Below are positions 10,185 through 20,494 of a DNA stretch of 64,000 bases, piece after piece. This stretch comes from an uncultured bacterium. Lineage in GTDB: Bacteria; Acidobacteriota; HRBIN11; JAKEFK01. The notes beneath the pieces are model-generated. The model was not told where the DNA came from and did not search any database. It saw nothing but the letters and a program-made list of their open reading frames with translations. Each line of letters begins with the position of its first letter. The stretch's first letter is position 1. Made by a program: the position numbers and the translations under genes. The stretch lies in contig CAVZQN010000001.1 of the NCBI GenBank assembly GCA_963777505.1, forward strand, positions 480,001 through 544,000, given 5' to 3'.

Positions 10185-10973
10185 GTGAACTTAAGAAACA
10201 AAGTAATTGTAATCACAGGTGCATCGAGTGGAATAGGCCGAGCTACGGCTATCGGTGCTGGTCGTGCAGGCGCCAATATTGTTGTTGCTGCGCGAAGATT
10301 CGATCGGCTGCAAAAAGTTGCTGAAGAAATTGAAGGCTCAGGTGGAAAGGCGCTTGCTGTTGAAACAGATCTATCCGATCCATCACAAATTGAATCATTG
10401 ATTGCAAAATCGATAGCGAGGTTCGGATGCATCGATGTGCTGATCAACAACGCCGCAATAGGAGTCTATGCAACTGTCGATGAAACAACTCCAGAGCAGA
10501 TGGAAAAACTCTGGCGCGTGAATTACATGGGCACATTTCATGCGATTAAGAATGTTTTGCCTTTGATGCGAAAACAAAATTCCGGCCAAATTATTACAAT
10601 CGCTTCCATGTCAGGACGCCGCGGCGCTCACTTCAAGAGCGCTTATTGCGCTACCAAATTTGCGCAAATCGGATTGATGGAATCACTAAGAATGGAATTA
10701 ATGGGTACAAAAATTCATTGCTCGTTGATTTTTCCAGGGGGCACCAACACTGAATTCTTTCAAGTCATTGATAATCCCGGAAATCGTGATGTGAAATTAC
10801 ATGGAGCTGTTCAAAGCGCCGAAGAAGTTGCGAACGAAATTTTGAAAGCGATTGAAAAGCCTCGTACGGAGGTGATCACGCAACCTTTGGGTCGATTACA
10901 AATAATACTGAACGCTATTTCCCCAGATTTTGCTGATTGGTTGGTAAGAAAAAGAAAACCGCAAAGACTCTGA
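10185..10973 (+). CDS. Short-chain dehydrogenase/reductase
   Basis: TGASSGIG, NNA, YCATK; start moved to GTG 10185 because the upstream extension is repeat-derived. Confidence 0.9.
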   Translation: MNLRNKVIVITGASSGIGRATAIGAGRAGANIVVAARRFDRLQKVAEEIEGSGGKALAVETDLSDPSQIESLIAKSIARFGCIDVLINNAAIGVYATVDETTPEQMEKLWRVNYMGTFHAIKNVLPLMRKQNSGQIITIASMSGRRGAHFKSAYCATKFAQIGLMESLRMELMGTKIHCSLIFPGGTNTEFFQVIDNPGNRDVKLHGAVQSAEEVANEILKAIEKPRTEVITQPLGRLQIILNAISPDFADWLVRKRKPQRL

Positions 10974-10985
10974 GTCTCTGCGGTT
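10957..10985. repeat. Family B palindrome over the SDR stop codon
   Basis: AACCGCAAAGACTC-T-GAGTCTCTGCGGTT. Confidence 0.75.
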
Positions 10986-10990
10986 CAGAA

Positions 10991-12160
10991 TTACTGCTGC
11001 AAACGACGGATGTAGATGTTGCCGTTTACTGTTTCGAGATTGATGACTTCCCCACCCCCGCCAAGCTGATACGTAGCGCGGATTTCACGCATATCATCAT
11101 CTGTTATATATGAAGCAGATTTGAAATCAGAAGACACTGCATAATCCTCTTTCGAATCTTTCCAATGTCCACGAATACGGATCCGTGCTTCAATTGTGGC
11201 TTTTGAATTTTCAGGGATAAACAATGTGACATCCCCTCCCGCAGTAGCAAGCCGGCTTCCGCCGCTACCAGATGGTTTAAGTTGCGCTTCAACATCACCA
11301 CCTGCAGTTTCTCCCATCACCGAACCGGTCACATTTTTCAGATGTAAGTCGCCGCCAGCAGTTTTTGCCTGCACAACACCGCTAGCGCCATTCAGAACTA
11401 TGTCACCACCAGCAGTCCTCATCGTTGCGCTGCCCGACACTTTTCCTACTTGAATATCACCACCGGCAGTTGACACATTTGCTTCGCCACCAACATCACC
11501 AACAATCACGTCTCCACCGGCCGTGGAAGCTTTTAATGTTTTACCTACATTACCCACGTGAATATCGCCGCCGGAAGTATGAAGTTCAACTTTGTTTGTA
11601 ATTGTTTGAACTTGAATGTCGCCACCTGATGTGTGAAGTTTTGCCTCACCATCAATTTTTCCTGCAGTAATATCACCGCCGGAAGTACTCATATCCAACT
11701 GGCCATTGATGTCACCGAGACGGATATCACCTCCCGATGTATTACCGGAAATCCTGCCCGTTAAATTTCCTTGCAATCGGATATCGCCACCCGAAGTTCG
11801 AAGATTCATATCGAACTGACTTGGGACTTGAATATCAAACCGCACATAACCGGACCATCCATGTGAATCATTAAAACGGATTCGAACTACGTTTCCAGAT
11901 TGGCTCATCTGAAGACTGTCAAGATCTTCATCTGCAATCCCTTCGACTTTGATCGAAACTTCATTCTTTTCCCAACCGCTGATCCAAATATCTCCCGATT
12001 CAACTCCAACCTGGAGTGTATCTCCCTTGTTTACACTGAACGTTTGCGTCCTCGTGTTTGCACCTGTGGAATGTTTTTCGTTTTTATTTCCTGCATCTGC
12101 GATCGGTGGAACCAAACCTAACACCACCAGTACCAGCAGAGCTTGCCAACGTCTCTTCAT
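10991..12160 (-). CDS. Exported DUF4097 beta-strand repeat protein
   Basis: Signal peptide; about ten T(S/A)GGD(I/V) repeats; LETVNGNIYIRR end. Confidence 0.88.
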   Translation of the reverse strand: MKRRWQALLVLVVLGLVPPIADAGNKNEKHSTGANTRTQTFSVNKGDTLQVGVESGDIWISGWEKNEVSIKVEGIADEDLDSLQMSQSGNVVRIRFNDSHGWSGYVRFDIQVPSQFDMNLRTSGGDIRLQGNLTGRISGNTSGGDIRLGDINGQLDMSTSGGDITAGKIDGEAKLHTSGGDIQVQTITNKVELHTSGGDIHVGNVGKTLKASTAGGDVIVGDVGGEANVSTAGGDIQVGKVSGSATMRTAGGDIVLNGASGVVQAKTAGGDLHLKNVTGSVMGETAGGDVEAQLKPSGSGGSRLATAGGDVTLFIPENSKATIEARIRIRGHWKDSKEDYAVSSDFKSASYITDDDMREIRATYQLGGGGEVINLETVNGNIYIRRLQQ

Positions 12161-13137
12161 TGCTGACTGACCTCCTTCAAGTAATCTTTCGCTCTGCGGC
12201 GAATGTAACTGTTATTGTCTGATTCACTTTTTTCTCTCAACACATCTAACATCTGTTTATCTTGAACTTTACTGCCTTCTAAACTTTTGATGGCATCGAT
12301 GCGCAATGATGCATTTGCATCACTCTCAAGCACAGCCAAAAAGGCTGCCTGAATTTCCTGATCAAACTCATACGTCTTCAGAACTACCATCGCTTCTTTG
12401 CGAACAGCATCATTGGAGTCTGATGTGAGCGCTGTAATTAATGCTTGTTTCACCTCTGGATCTGCCGTGGCTTTTTTCTGCGCGCCGATTGTATTGACTG
12501 CGCGTAGTCTGACGCCGTCATTTTGTTCTTTTAAAAGCGCGTACGTTAACATCTCCTGAATATTTGGATCGTTAACTGGTCCTTTGAATCGCATCGGCCG
12601 AAACGCGTCAAATGCAAATTCAACTTGACCATCGCTTGGATCCGCATCCATAAAACGGATATTGGAAACTTCGATATCAGGCTGAGCGATCAACTCTTTG
12701 AAAGCAACATTCGTTTTAAAGGGATCTTCTTTTGTTACTATTGCAATCGGATTTGATGAAGGAACTTGCGATTTGAACAATACATAACCAGATAGGAGAC
12801 CAACGATAAGCATCGAAGCGAAGCCCAGAGCAACTCGCGGAGTTGGAATCAATCCGGAAAACCATTCGCGCAGACGCGAAGAGCCAGTTTGCTTGTTGCG
12901 TTCGTTACGCAAAGCTGCGCGCAGTTCCTGCCGTGCTTCTTGAAGCAATGACTCCGTTGGAATTTGTACAGCATGATTGTCCATAACTCTATGGAGTCGT
13001 TTCAGCTGTTCCAATTCCTGACTGCACTCCTGGCAAGCATTCAAGTGGTCTTCAGTTAGATTTTTCCGTTCCGCATCCAGCTCTTCATAAGCCAGAAGAT
13101 TTACCCATTCTTTCCATTGTTGATGATTCATGTTCAT
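12157..13137 (-). CDS. Anti-sigma factor (zf-HC2, TM, HEAT repeats)
   Basis: HLNACQEC (HxxxCxxC), one TM helix, repeated D.N..VR..A HEAT units. Confidence 0.85.
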   Translation of the reverse strand: MNMNHQQWKEWVNLLAYEELDAERKNLTEDHLNACQECSQELEQLKRLHRVMDNHAVQIPTESLLQEARQELRAALRNERNKQTGSSRLREWFSGLIPTPRVALGFASMLIVGLLSGYVLFKSQVPSSNPIAIVTKEDPFKTNVAFKELIAQPDIEVSNIRFMDADPSDGQVEFAFDAFRPMRFKGPVNDPNIQEMLTYALLKEQNDGVRLRAVNTIGAQKKATADPEVKQALITALTSDSNDAVRKEAMVVLKTYEFDQEIQAAFLAVLESDANASLRIDAIKSLEGSKVQDKQMLDVLREKSESDNNSYIRRRAKDYLKEVSQQ

Positions 13138-13158
13138 CGCTCCTTCACCTCTCGCGCG

Positions 13159-13752
13159 TCAGAGAAGATCCCTTAACTGATCGCGTAATTTTTCATTTGC
13201 AACGAAGAGGTGTTTTTTAACTGTTCCCTCTGCGCAATTCAACATTTCAGCAATCTCCCGCAATTTATAACCCTGATAATGTTTCATCGTAAAAACCATT
13301 TTTTGCTGGGGAGATAACGTTTCCATCGCTTTTTGTACCTGTTCTGTAATTTCCGAATTCACACTTTGTTGATCCGGCGGCGTACCATCTGCCAGTACAT
13401 CGGAAAGCGAGTACGCCGTGCCATCGTGTCGCGCGATCTCCTGATCGATCGATTGATGTTGATGACGCTTCGTCTTTGTACGATGCGTCAAACAAACATT
13501 GGTTGTTATCTTGTGTAACCATGTCGAAAATTTGCTCTCAAATCGAAATCCCGGTAATGCCCGGTAAACCCGAATAAATACTTCTTGATATACATCTTTA
13601 GCGTCCTCAGCGTGATGTGTATAACTAAGCGCTATCGATAAAACTTGTTGATCGTAGCGGCTTACAAGTCGTTCAAACGCAATAGGATCTCCGCTCTGGG
13701 CATTCTGCACCAGTTCCATCTCATCTGGAATCATCACATCAACCACATACAT
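13159..13752 (-). CDS. ECF sigma factor
   Basis: AFERLV, DAKDVYQEVFIRVY, FSTWLHKI, LREIAEMLNCAEGTVK. Confidence 0.93.
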   Translation of the reverse strand: MYVVDVMIPDEMELVQNAQSGDPIAFERLVSRYDQQVLSIALSYTHHAEDAKDVYQEVFIRVYRALPGFRFESKFSTWLHKITTNVCLTHRTKTKRHQHQSIDQEIARHDGTAYSLSDVLADGTPPDQQSVNSEITEQVQKAMETLSPQQKMVFTMKHYQGYKLREIAEMLNCAEGTVKKHLFVANEKLRDQLRDLL

Positions 13753-13779
13753 TTAGACCGGAAGTTATTGAAAAGGTTG
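13753..13779 (-). promoter_or_regulatory. Putative autoregulatory ECF promoter
   Basis: Minus strand CAACC-N16-GTCTAA directly before the sigma gene. Confidence 0.6.
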
Positions 13780-13798
13780 GTTCCCAATACGTTACATG

Positions 13799-13871
13799 GT
13801 AGGGGCGAGTCTAAGACTCGCCCGCAAATTGATTGCGGCAATAAGAGGGCGGGCCCAAGGGCCGCCCCTAC
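13799..13871. repeat. GTAG-type REP doublet (REPIN-like), family A
   Basis: GTAGGGGCGAGTCTAAGACTCGCCC ... GGGCGGGCCCAAGGGCCGCCCCTAC. Confidence 0.85.
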
Positions 13872-13877
13872 GAATTA

Positions 13878-14204
13878 TTATTCTACAGAATATTTTACGT
13901 TGCGAACTCGGGCGCTCGAAGTTCCCGCAGGTGGTTCATACGATCCGAAGTCACGGGTATCTCGAGGAGAAAGCCTGCAATCACCCTTGCAGCCTTCATT
14001 CCGTTCTTCGATTGGTGCGCCTTTGGAGTTATAAAAAACAATAAGAATTCCACCCACCCGGATGGCACGATCCGTATCATTCTGAATGCGGACCCAAAAC
14101 ATCCCTTGATCGTCCTCCCACATCGTGTACACGACATCTCCAGCCATAGCCGGAAGACTCAATAACACTATGGCTACGAGCAGTATCGAATGTCTATAGT
14201 TCAC
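13878..14204 (-). CDS. Small exported protein, FxLYD-like Ig fold
   Basis: Signal peptide ending AMA; VRIQND..IVFYNSKG..LSPRDTRDF; GGAGG RBS. Confidence 0.65.
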   Translation of the reverse strand: MNYRHSILLVAIVLLSLPAMAGDVVYTMWEDDQGMFWVRIQNDTDRAIRVGGILIVFYNSKGAPIEERNEGCKGDCRLSPRDTRDFGSYEPPAGTSSARVRNVKYSVE

Positions 14205-14322
14205 CTTGATGCCTCCACTGCTATCTTACTATACAAAGTTCATGCCGAATTAGCCACGACGAGCCCCTGCTCCCGTCTGCTCATACAATAGGACACTTTG
14301 CCTTACAGCAAAGACACAAAGT

Positions 14323-15444
14323 TTATTCAAAGAGGTTTTGAAATGTCTCCCAGGGTACGGGAGAAACTTTAGCGGTTTCCAGATTTTCTTCTGCATGCGC
14401 AGGAGTACCCATTCCGATTAAGGCAGTGGTAACTCCAGGTGTAGATCGTACGAACTGAATGGCCTTTTGCGCATCTGTTTTCAAGCTTCCAAAAAATTCC
14501 TGAATCGAAGAAGGCAAATTACGCGAGAGTTGTCCTTGTAGTATGGAAGCGCTTGTCATCACGATCATGTCTTGTTTCTGCGCTGCTTCTAACAAGGAAA
14601 CTTTGCTGCTTCCAAAGTTTTGATTCTGCAACGTAAAAGCCTGAGACATTCCAAGATTGTATGGAAGTTGTAACACCCGAAAATGGTGATCATCTCCTTT
14701 TCCAGCAACGCGCGCGAGACCGATCATTTCTTCAAGCGAAAGATAATTCTGCGCACCAGGCTTACTTCTGTAACCATCCCATGTTGCGGTTCCGTAGAAT
14801 TGGATCTTGCCAGCATCAACTTGTGTTTCCAGAAACTGGAATGCCGCAAGCATCCGCTTCAAAAAATCCTGTTTTGAAATTTCGGAAAGTTGCGTCTCAG
14901 GATTATGAATAAAGTAAATATCGATTGTTTCCAGTCCAAGATTTTCCAGACTCTGATTGAGCTGGTTTTCCAAATAATTTGGAGTCATACAATGACAGTT
15001 CGCGACGATATCATCCGCAGAACAGATGCCTTTTTCAATGTAGGTATCATGAAAGTATCGGGAAGGATTTGGCGGATACGATCCATCAAATGTCAGGAAC
15101 CCACCTTTAGTAGAAATGACTACTTCTTCGCGGCTAACTACACTTTCGTTGATCGCTTTTCTTAGCGCTGTGCCGATCGTGCGTTCACTTCGCATAAAGC
15201 GATAATTGATGGCGGTATCGATAAGATTTGAACCGCTTCCAAGAGCTTTCAAAATTGAACTTTCGTAGGCTCGATCACTTTCATCATCAGGATTTCCGAG
15301 ATAGGTTCCCAATCCGATGGACGAAATGTGTAATCCCTGAGCCTGACGGAAGTGATCCGCCGGTATTTTTCCACTGAACCGGTTAACGTATCGCGTTGTA
15401 CCTTCCGGTGTTGCTTTTCCAGTAATTTTCACTTGTGTAGTCAT
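14323..15444 (-). CDS. Aldo/keto reductase
   Basis: SSIGLGTYLG, IDTAINY, STKGG, IHNPE, QLPYN; start placed at ATG 15444. Confidence 0.9.
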   Translation of the reverse strand: MTTQVKITGKATPEGTTRYVNRFSGKIPADHFRQAQGLHISSIGLGTYLGNPDDESDRAYESSILKALGSGSNLIDTAINYRFMRSERTIGTALRKAINESVVSREEVVISTKGGFLTFDGSYPPNPSRYFHDTYIEKGICSADDIVANCHCMTPNYLENQLNQSLENLGLETIDIYFIHNPETQLSEISKQDFLKRMLAAFQFLETQVDAGKIQFYGTATWDGYRSKPGAQNYLSLEEMIGLARVAGKGDDHHFRVLQLPYNLGMSQAFTLQNQNFGSSKVSLLEAAQKQDMIVMTSASILQGQLSRNLPSSIQEFFGSLKTDAQKAIQFVRSTPGVTTALIGMGTPAHAEENLETAKVSPVPWETFQNLFE

Positions 15445-15521
15445 TTGAATAGTATAGGGGCACAAACAATAAGACGCTATGTTGGATTTATGATAGAATT
15501 GTCGAGGGGACCAATCCTTAC

Positions 15522-18159
15522 ATGGTTGATAGAAAAAGTACGATCGGGCGGTTCGAAATTATTGAAAAGATAGGAGAAGGCCCGATCGGGTCCGTTTATA
15601 AAGCACTCGATCCTGTCATTCGCCGCACTGTAGCAATCAAAGTCATCAAACTTTACGCTCTTGAAGAATCGGCAACATTTGCCGAAGTATTTGAAAAAAT
15701 TTACAGGGTTGTTCGTACTTCTACATCACTCAACCATCCAAATATCTGCATCATTTACGATCTAAGTGAAGAAAAAAAGATTCCATATATAACGATGGAG
15801 CATGTTGATGGTCATGATCTGGATTGGATGCTGCAAAATAAGCATCAATTTAAGAGGTCGGAAATCATCAATGTTCTGCAGCAAACTTGCGATGCGCTGG
15901 ATTTTGCACACAAGAAACAGGTTATTCATCAAGATCTTAAATCTACAAATATTATTTTGACACCCGATTTACATGTGAAAATTACTGATTTCGGAATTGC
16001 AGGCCTGGATGAAATTGCTGCAGCACAAACGAAAAAACTTCTCAGCATTCCTTACTACATCGCTCCTGAACAAGCACTTGGCGAAAAAGTAACTCCATCG
16101 AGTGATCTGTTTTCGCTAGGTGTGATTATGTATCAAGTGCTTTCGGGACAACTTCCGTTTCCTGGATCGAGCGCAGCGAATGTAATCATGATGATTGCTC
16201 GCGACAATCCCAGCACGCCAAAAGATATTGAAAAATCTGGAATCAACGCGGATGCCTGGAGTTCATTCTTCAGTGTAGCCCTTGCAAAATCTCCGGAACA
16301 GCGTTTTAAGACTGCCAATGAAATGTTTTCTGCATTTCAAAAAATATTGCCTTCATCTGAAACTTCATACTTTCCTTACTTTGTGGAAGGAGGAGCAGGT
16401 GATTCTACCGGGAAGTTCGAAAAGACATATGTAGGAGATTCTCCAACAATGTTAATCGATCCTTCAACAGATGCTTGATGAAGGACCGGATCAATATGAA
16501 AGTTCAGGGGCAACGATCTCGATACCAGCTCCAGGAAAATCTCCGGCAGCTGCTTCAGAACTGACAATGGCTTACAATCCTGAGCCTGAATCGGCATATC
16601 AACTTCTGGAATCCAGTATGCCTGATCAGGAGGCGCCAACCGGTTCGATTCGAGCTTCGGAAGCTAGCGAAACAATGATTGTTAATACAACACCGGAATC
16701 TACGGTGCCGCCTTCGAAGTCGTACATGCCCGAAGAGGAAGATGCTTCTCCGATGGCGCCAACTCAAATGATTTCGATGTCTGAACTTCCGAAAACATCA
16801 ACGGCGGAAAAGCCGCCTCATCAGACTCAATCGCGTTCACCAGCTCCACCAATACCGCCTCCTCCTCCAAAGCAGCAGACAATTCCACCTGTAAATCGAC
16901 CGCCGGTGCTGCCAACTCCACCGCCACAGAAATATGAAACGTACAATCCTCCTCCATTGGAAGATTCCGGCGTGGAAGAGTTGGAGATGCCAGCAACACA
17001 AATGATTTCGATGCCTCAAGCCACAACAGGAGTAAAGAATCCGCCGCCACCAGCACCCACACCCTCACCAATGCATGTGCCTCCTCCGCCGAAGCAATCT
17101 ATTCCAGATTCACCATATTCATTGCCATCATCTCCGAAACCAGCAGGTGCGGCTGCTCCTCCAGGAGCAAAATCCGCGTTGAAAATGTATTGGATTGGAG
17201 CTATTGCCGCTGCACTCATCATTGCTGTTGCAGGTGCATTTTTCTTACTCCCAAAACTAAAAGGGCCTGAGAAAAAAGAAGTTGTTGTAACTCCGCCAGA
17301 ACCAAAACCGATCCAGGTAGAACCGAAACCAAAAGAACCTGAGGTCGTTGTTCCTGTAATTACAACCGGGAAAATAATCGTTAACTCGGAGCCAGTCGGC
17401 GCGACAGTTCTGCTGAATGAAGAAGATAAAGGAATTACACCAGTTGAACTTCCTGAATTACCATTCGGCACATATATTTTGAAACTGCGATCAAAGGGAT
17501 ATCAAGAAGTTCAACAGGAAGTAGTCCTCAGTGCAGATAGTCCCGAGTTTACTGTCGGCCCGGTGGTTTTGGAGAAAGTAGTTCCTACCTCCGGAACTCT
17601 TGTTGTTGATTCGAACCCTAGCGGGGCTTTCATCATTATTCAAAATAAAGCGCTCGGTGTTACTCCGAAGACTCTTGCTAATCAGAAGCCAGGCACAATA
17701 GACATCCTGCTTCGTAAAGATGGTTATCGTGATTTTTCGGGATCCGTAAAAATCACTGCTGGAAAGAAAGCTTCATTCTCTGGAAATCTGGAAGAAATCA
17801 AACAGGTCGTTGAAAAGCCAGTTGAAGTACCGAAACCTCAGGAACCGACTATAGCAACGGGGTCTCTAGTACAAATCTCTGATCCTGACGTTGTACGTCC
17901 GAAACCAATAAAACGGGTGGCTGCAAAGTATCCTGAGATTGCAAAAAAGCAGAGGGTAGAAGGCGTTGTGATGTTGAATGTTCTGATTGGTGAAACTGGC
18001 AAGATTCTCGATGTCAAAGTGGTTCAGACTGCAAGCCCACTCCTTGAACAAGCTGCAATCGATGCAGTTCGGCAATGGGTATATGAACCGGCAACAAAGA
18101 AGGGTGTCAAAGTTAAAGTCTGGGTCCCCGTTCAGATGTCCTTTAAGTCAGGACGTTAA
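15522..18159 (+). CDS. Ser/Thr kinase-like domain, Pro-rich linker, TM, 2x PEGA, TonB C-terminal domain; frameshift near 16467
   Basis: VAIK, HQDLK, DFG, APE in 15522-16478; second frame has VNSEPVGA..GITP, VDSNPSGA..GVTP, YPEIAKKQRVEGVV..AAIDAVRQWVYEPA. Confidence 0.85.
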
Positions 18160-20354
18160 TTTCTTTTAAAAGCCTGTGTCCCTTGATTTGGATATGTACG
18201 CTTGTATGCTTCGTAGTTTGTCCGGACGATCATGACGTACGTGCGTGTTTCTGCAAGATCGATGTTTGAAAAGAATTCGAATGTCTCATCTGTTGATGTA
18301 CAATCCAGCCAGCGTCTCACATTCGATTCACCGCTGTTATAACCAGCAGCAATCACTTCAACACGTTTTCCAAATCTTCCGCTTAAATCCTGAAGATAAC
18401 GCGTCCCCAAATTGATGCTCACTTCAGGAGTATAAAGGTGTTCAAGCGAAAATTCCTTCAGACCAACGTCTGATGCAAGACGGGTTGCAGTGGAAGGTAT
18501 GATTTGCATTAGACCACGCGCAAACGCCGGAGAACGTGCAAAGCGTTTAAATTTACTTTCCTGCCGCATTATAGAAAGTACGAGAAACGGATCCAGATTC
18601 CGAGCGTTTGAAAAACGATTGATCGGTTCGTGATACGGCATCGGAAATAACGTGCGAAGTACTTCTTCAGGAGCCGAATACAATACGTTCAAATTTGAAA
18701 AACTCTTCACAAAAAGTTCTGAATAGTATGTTGCTGTCCCATAATTCTGTCCGAGCCCTGCAATATGTGAGATCATTAAATATCTTTGTTTGCGGTTGGC
18801 AGGATCCACGTCCAGAAAGTTCCAGGTTTCATTTGAGAGCTCTGGTAAAAAAGTAGCGGCTTCGTCGTAAAGGCGTAAATACAATAGTGCAGGCACCACT
18901 TCGCCTTTCGCATAAAGCTCTTGAACTTTTTCGCGCTTTGAAGAATCCGGCAAAGAACCGAGCTTGAACTCCGCGGTTGCAGGCATCTTTACGAAAGAAT
19001 CACGGCTGTGCAATTGATTGAATTTTTCGGCGGCAAGCAGCGAAAAAAAGTCATTTCCGATTGCAATCCGCTCATACAACTTTACAGCTTCTTCTGGCTG
19101 GCCCATTTTTTCCAGCGCGAGCGCTTTCCAAAATAGATTTTCCCTGCTTGGAACCACGCTACTCTTTATCAATGAATCAAAATCTGTGTAGGCTTCCTTA
19201 TAATGACCACCTTGAAAGAAAGTTTTACCTCGCAAGAGAATTGCCTCATGGCGATGTTTCTTAATGTTTGAACTGCAGTATGGATTTATGGTTTTGATTG
19301 CCTCTGCAATTCTTGATTGAGCGCGTAATGCATGAATATATTTTTCAGTAGCATCATCAAGACCTTTCGCCGGCGAACTGCTTCGTAGTTTTGCAAATAT
19401 TTCACTTGCTTTTTGATACTGCCGGGTACGTAAACAAAGATTTCCATATTGTTGCGTTGCAACTTTTGCCATCGGATCCAACGGCCATGTTTTGACTGCA
19501 TCTTCATAGAGTTTGGCTGCGGTTTGTGTATCACCAAGGAAAGCGAGCGTTCGAGCATACAGGTAAGCATTGTTGATGTTTTCATTGGAATGAGCTTTTA
19601 GGTATTTTTGTGCGAGCTCAAAATTCCAAACACGATACGCAAGCCGTCCGCGAGTTATCGACTGTTCCGATGTTAGGTTCCCAGAATCAAGACTATCAAG
19701 CGCAGTAAGAGCCTGGCTCGTAATATCGTCTTCTTTTTTTGCGGAAATAAGATTGAGCAACGCAGCACGCCCAGCTCCTGGATCGTTCTGCAAAAGATGA
19801 ACCCGGGCAGCGTAAAACTGCGTAACTCTTCCAAGCCCTGCTGATGTCCCCACCTGTATACAAAGCGCCCTTAGAGCTTCTGGCTTTTTATTGATCCATG
19901 CGTATTCCAGGGATTCACGTGCAATCGTTGCATATTCAGGATGAGCACGATGCTGCAGGGAAAGACTGTAAAAACGTAAAGCTTCATCCTTAAAATCTAA
20001 GCTTGCAGCAAGTCTCGCCGTAGAAAGTGCAACGGAGCGAGTTAAATGCGGGATTGATGCAAGCACTCGATACGAATGGATTGCCCGTTCGGATTGTCCT
20101 GATTGTACAAGGGCTTTTGCATATAAGAATTCGTACGGCAGTGATTTGAATCCATCAGGATCTTTTTGTCTAAATTGTTCCAATAACTTTATTGCTTCCA
20201 GATAACGGCCTGCGCTGTATTCTTCCAGGATTTGTTCGGACAATGGCAGCGAAGTTGTGGGAGAAACAACAGGAGGCGAAACTCCATTCCCAGCAGGCGA
20301 AAACCCTGCGAGGAAAATCAGAAACAATAACGCCCTTAACCTCATGTACACCAT
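18156..20354 (-). CDS. Soluble lytic transglycosylase (Slt-like) with TPR scaffold
   Basis: IMRQESKF, ARGLMQIIPSTA, GYNSG, ETRTYV. Confidence 0.9.
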   Translation of the reverse strand: MVYMRLRALLFLIFLAGFSPAGNGVSPPVVSPTTSLPLSEQILEEYSAGRYLEAIKLLEQFRQKDPDGFKSLPYEFLYAKALVQSGQSERAIHSYRVLASIPHLTRSVALSTARLAASLDFKDEALRFYSLSLQHRAHPEYATIARESLEYAWINKKPEALRALCIQVGTSAGLGRVTQFYAARVHLLQNDPGAGRAALLNLISAKKEDDITSQALTALDSLDSGNLTSEQSITRGRLAYRVWNFELAQKYLKAHSNENINNAYLYARTLAFLGDTQTAAKLYEDAVKTWPLDPMAKVATQQYGNLCLRTRQYQKASEIFAKLRSSSPAKGLDDATEKYIHALRAQSRIAEAIKTINPYCSSNIKKHRHEAILLRGKTFFQGGHYKEAYTDFDSLIKSSVVPSRENLFWKALALEKMGQPEEAVKLYERIAIGNDFFSLLAAEKFNQLHSRDSFVKMPATAEFKLGSLPDSSKREKVQELYAKGEVVPALLYLRLYDEAATFLPELSNETWNFLDVDPANRKQRYLMISHIAGLGQNYGTATYYSELFVKSFSNLNVLYSAPEEVLRTLFPMPYHEPINRFSNARNLDPFLVLSIMRQESKFKRFARSPAFARGLMQIIPSTATRLASDVGLKEFSLEHLYTPEVSINLGTRYLQDLSGRFGKRVEVIAAGYNSGESNVRRWLDCTSTDETFEFFSNIDLAETRTYVMIVRTNYEAYKRTYPNQGTQAFKRN

Positions 20355-20494
20355 ATCTTAACAAAGCGGCGGCCAGTTCGGCCAGCATAGCTGCAAGAAA
20401 AATGAAACATTTTAAGGAAATCGCAGTAAACTAATTACACTCGGTGTTACTGAGACAGCACCCTTTCAATATAATTCTGGGCCAGAGAGAATCG

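Noticed and set aside
11230-11800. Periodic DNA repeats resembling an array
   Set aside because: They are coding T(S/A)GGD repeats of DUF4097, not CRISPR
16700-17471. Long antisense ORFs over the Pro-rich linker (also 48243-48755)
   Set aside because: Stop-poor shadows of Pro codons
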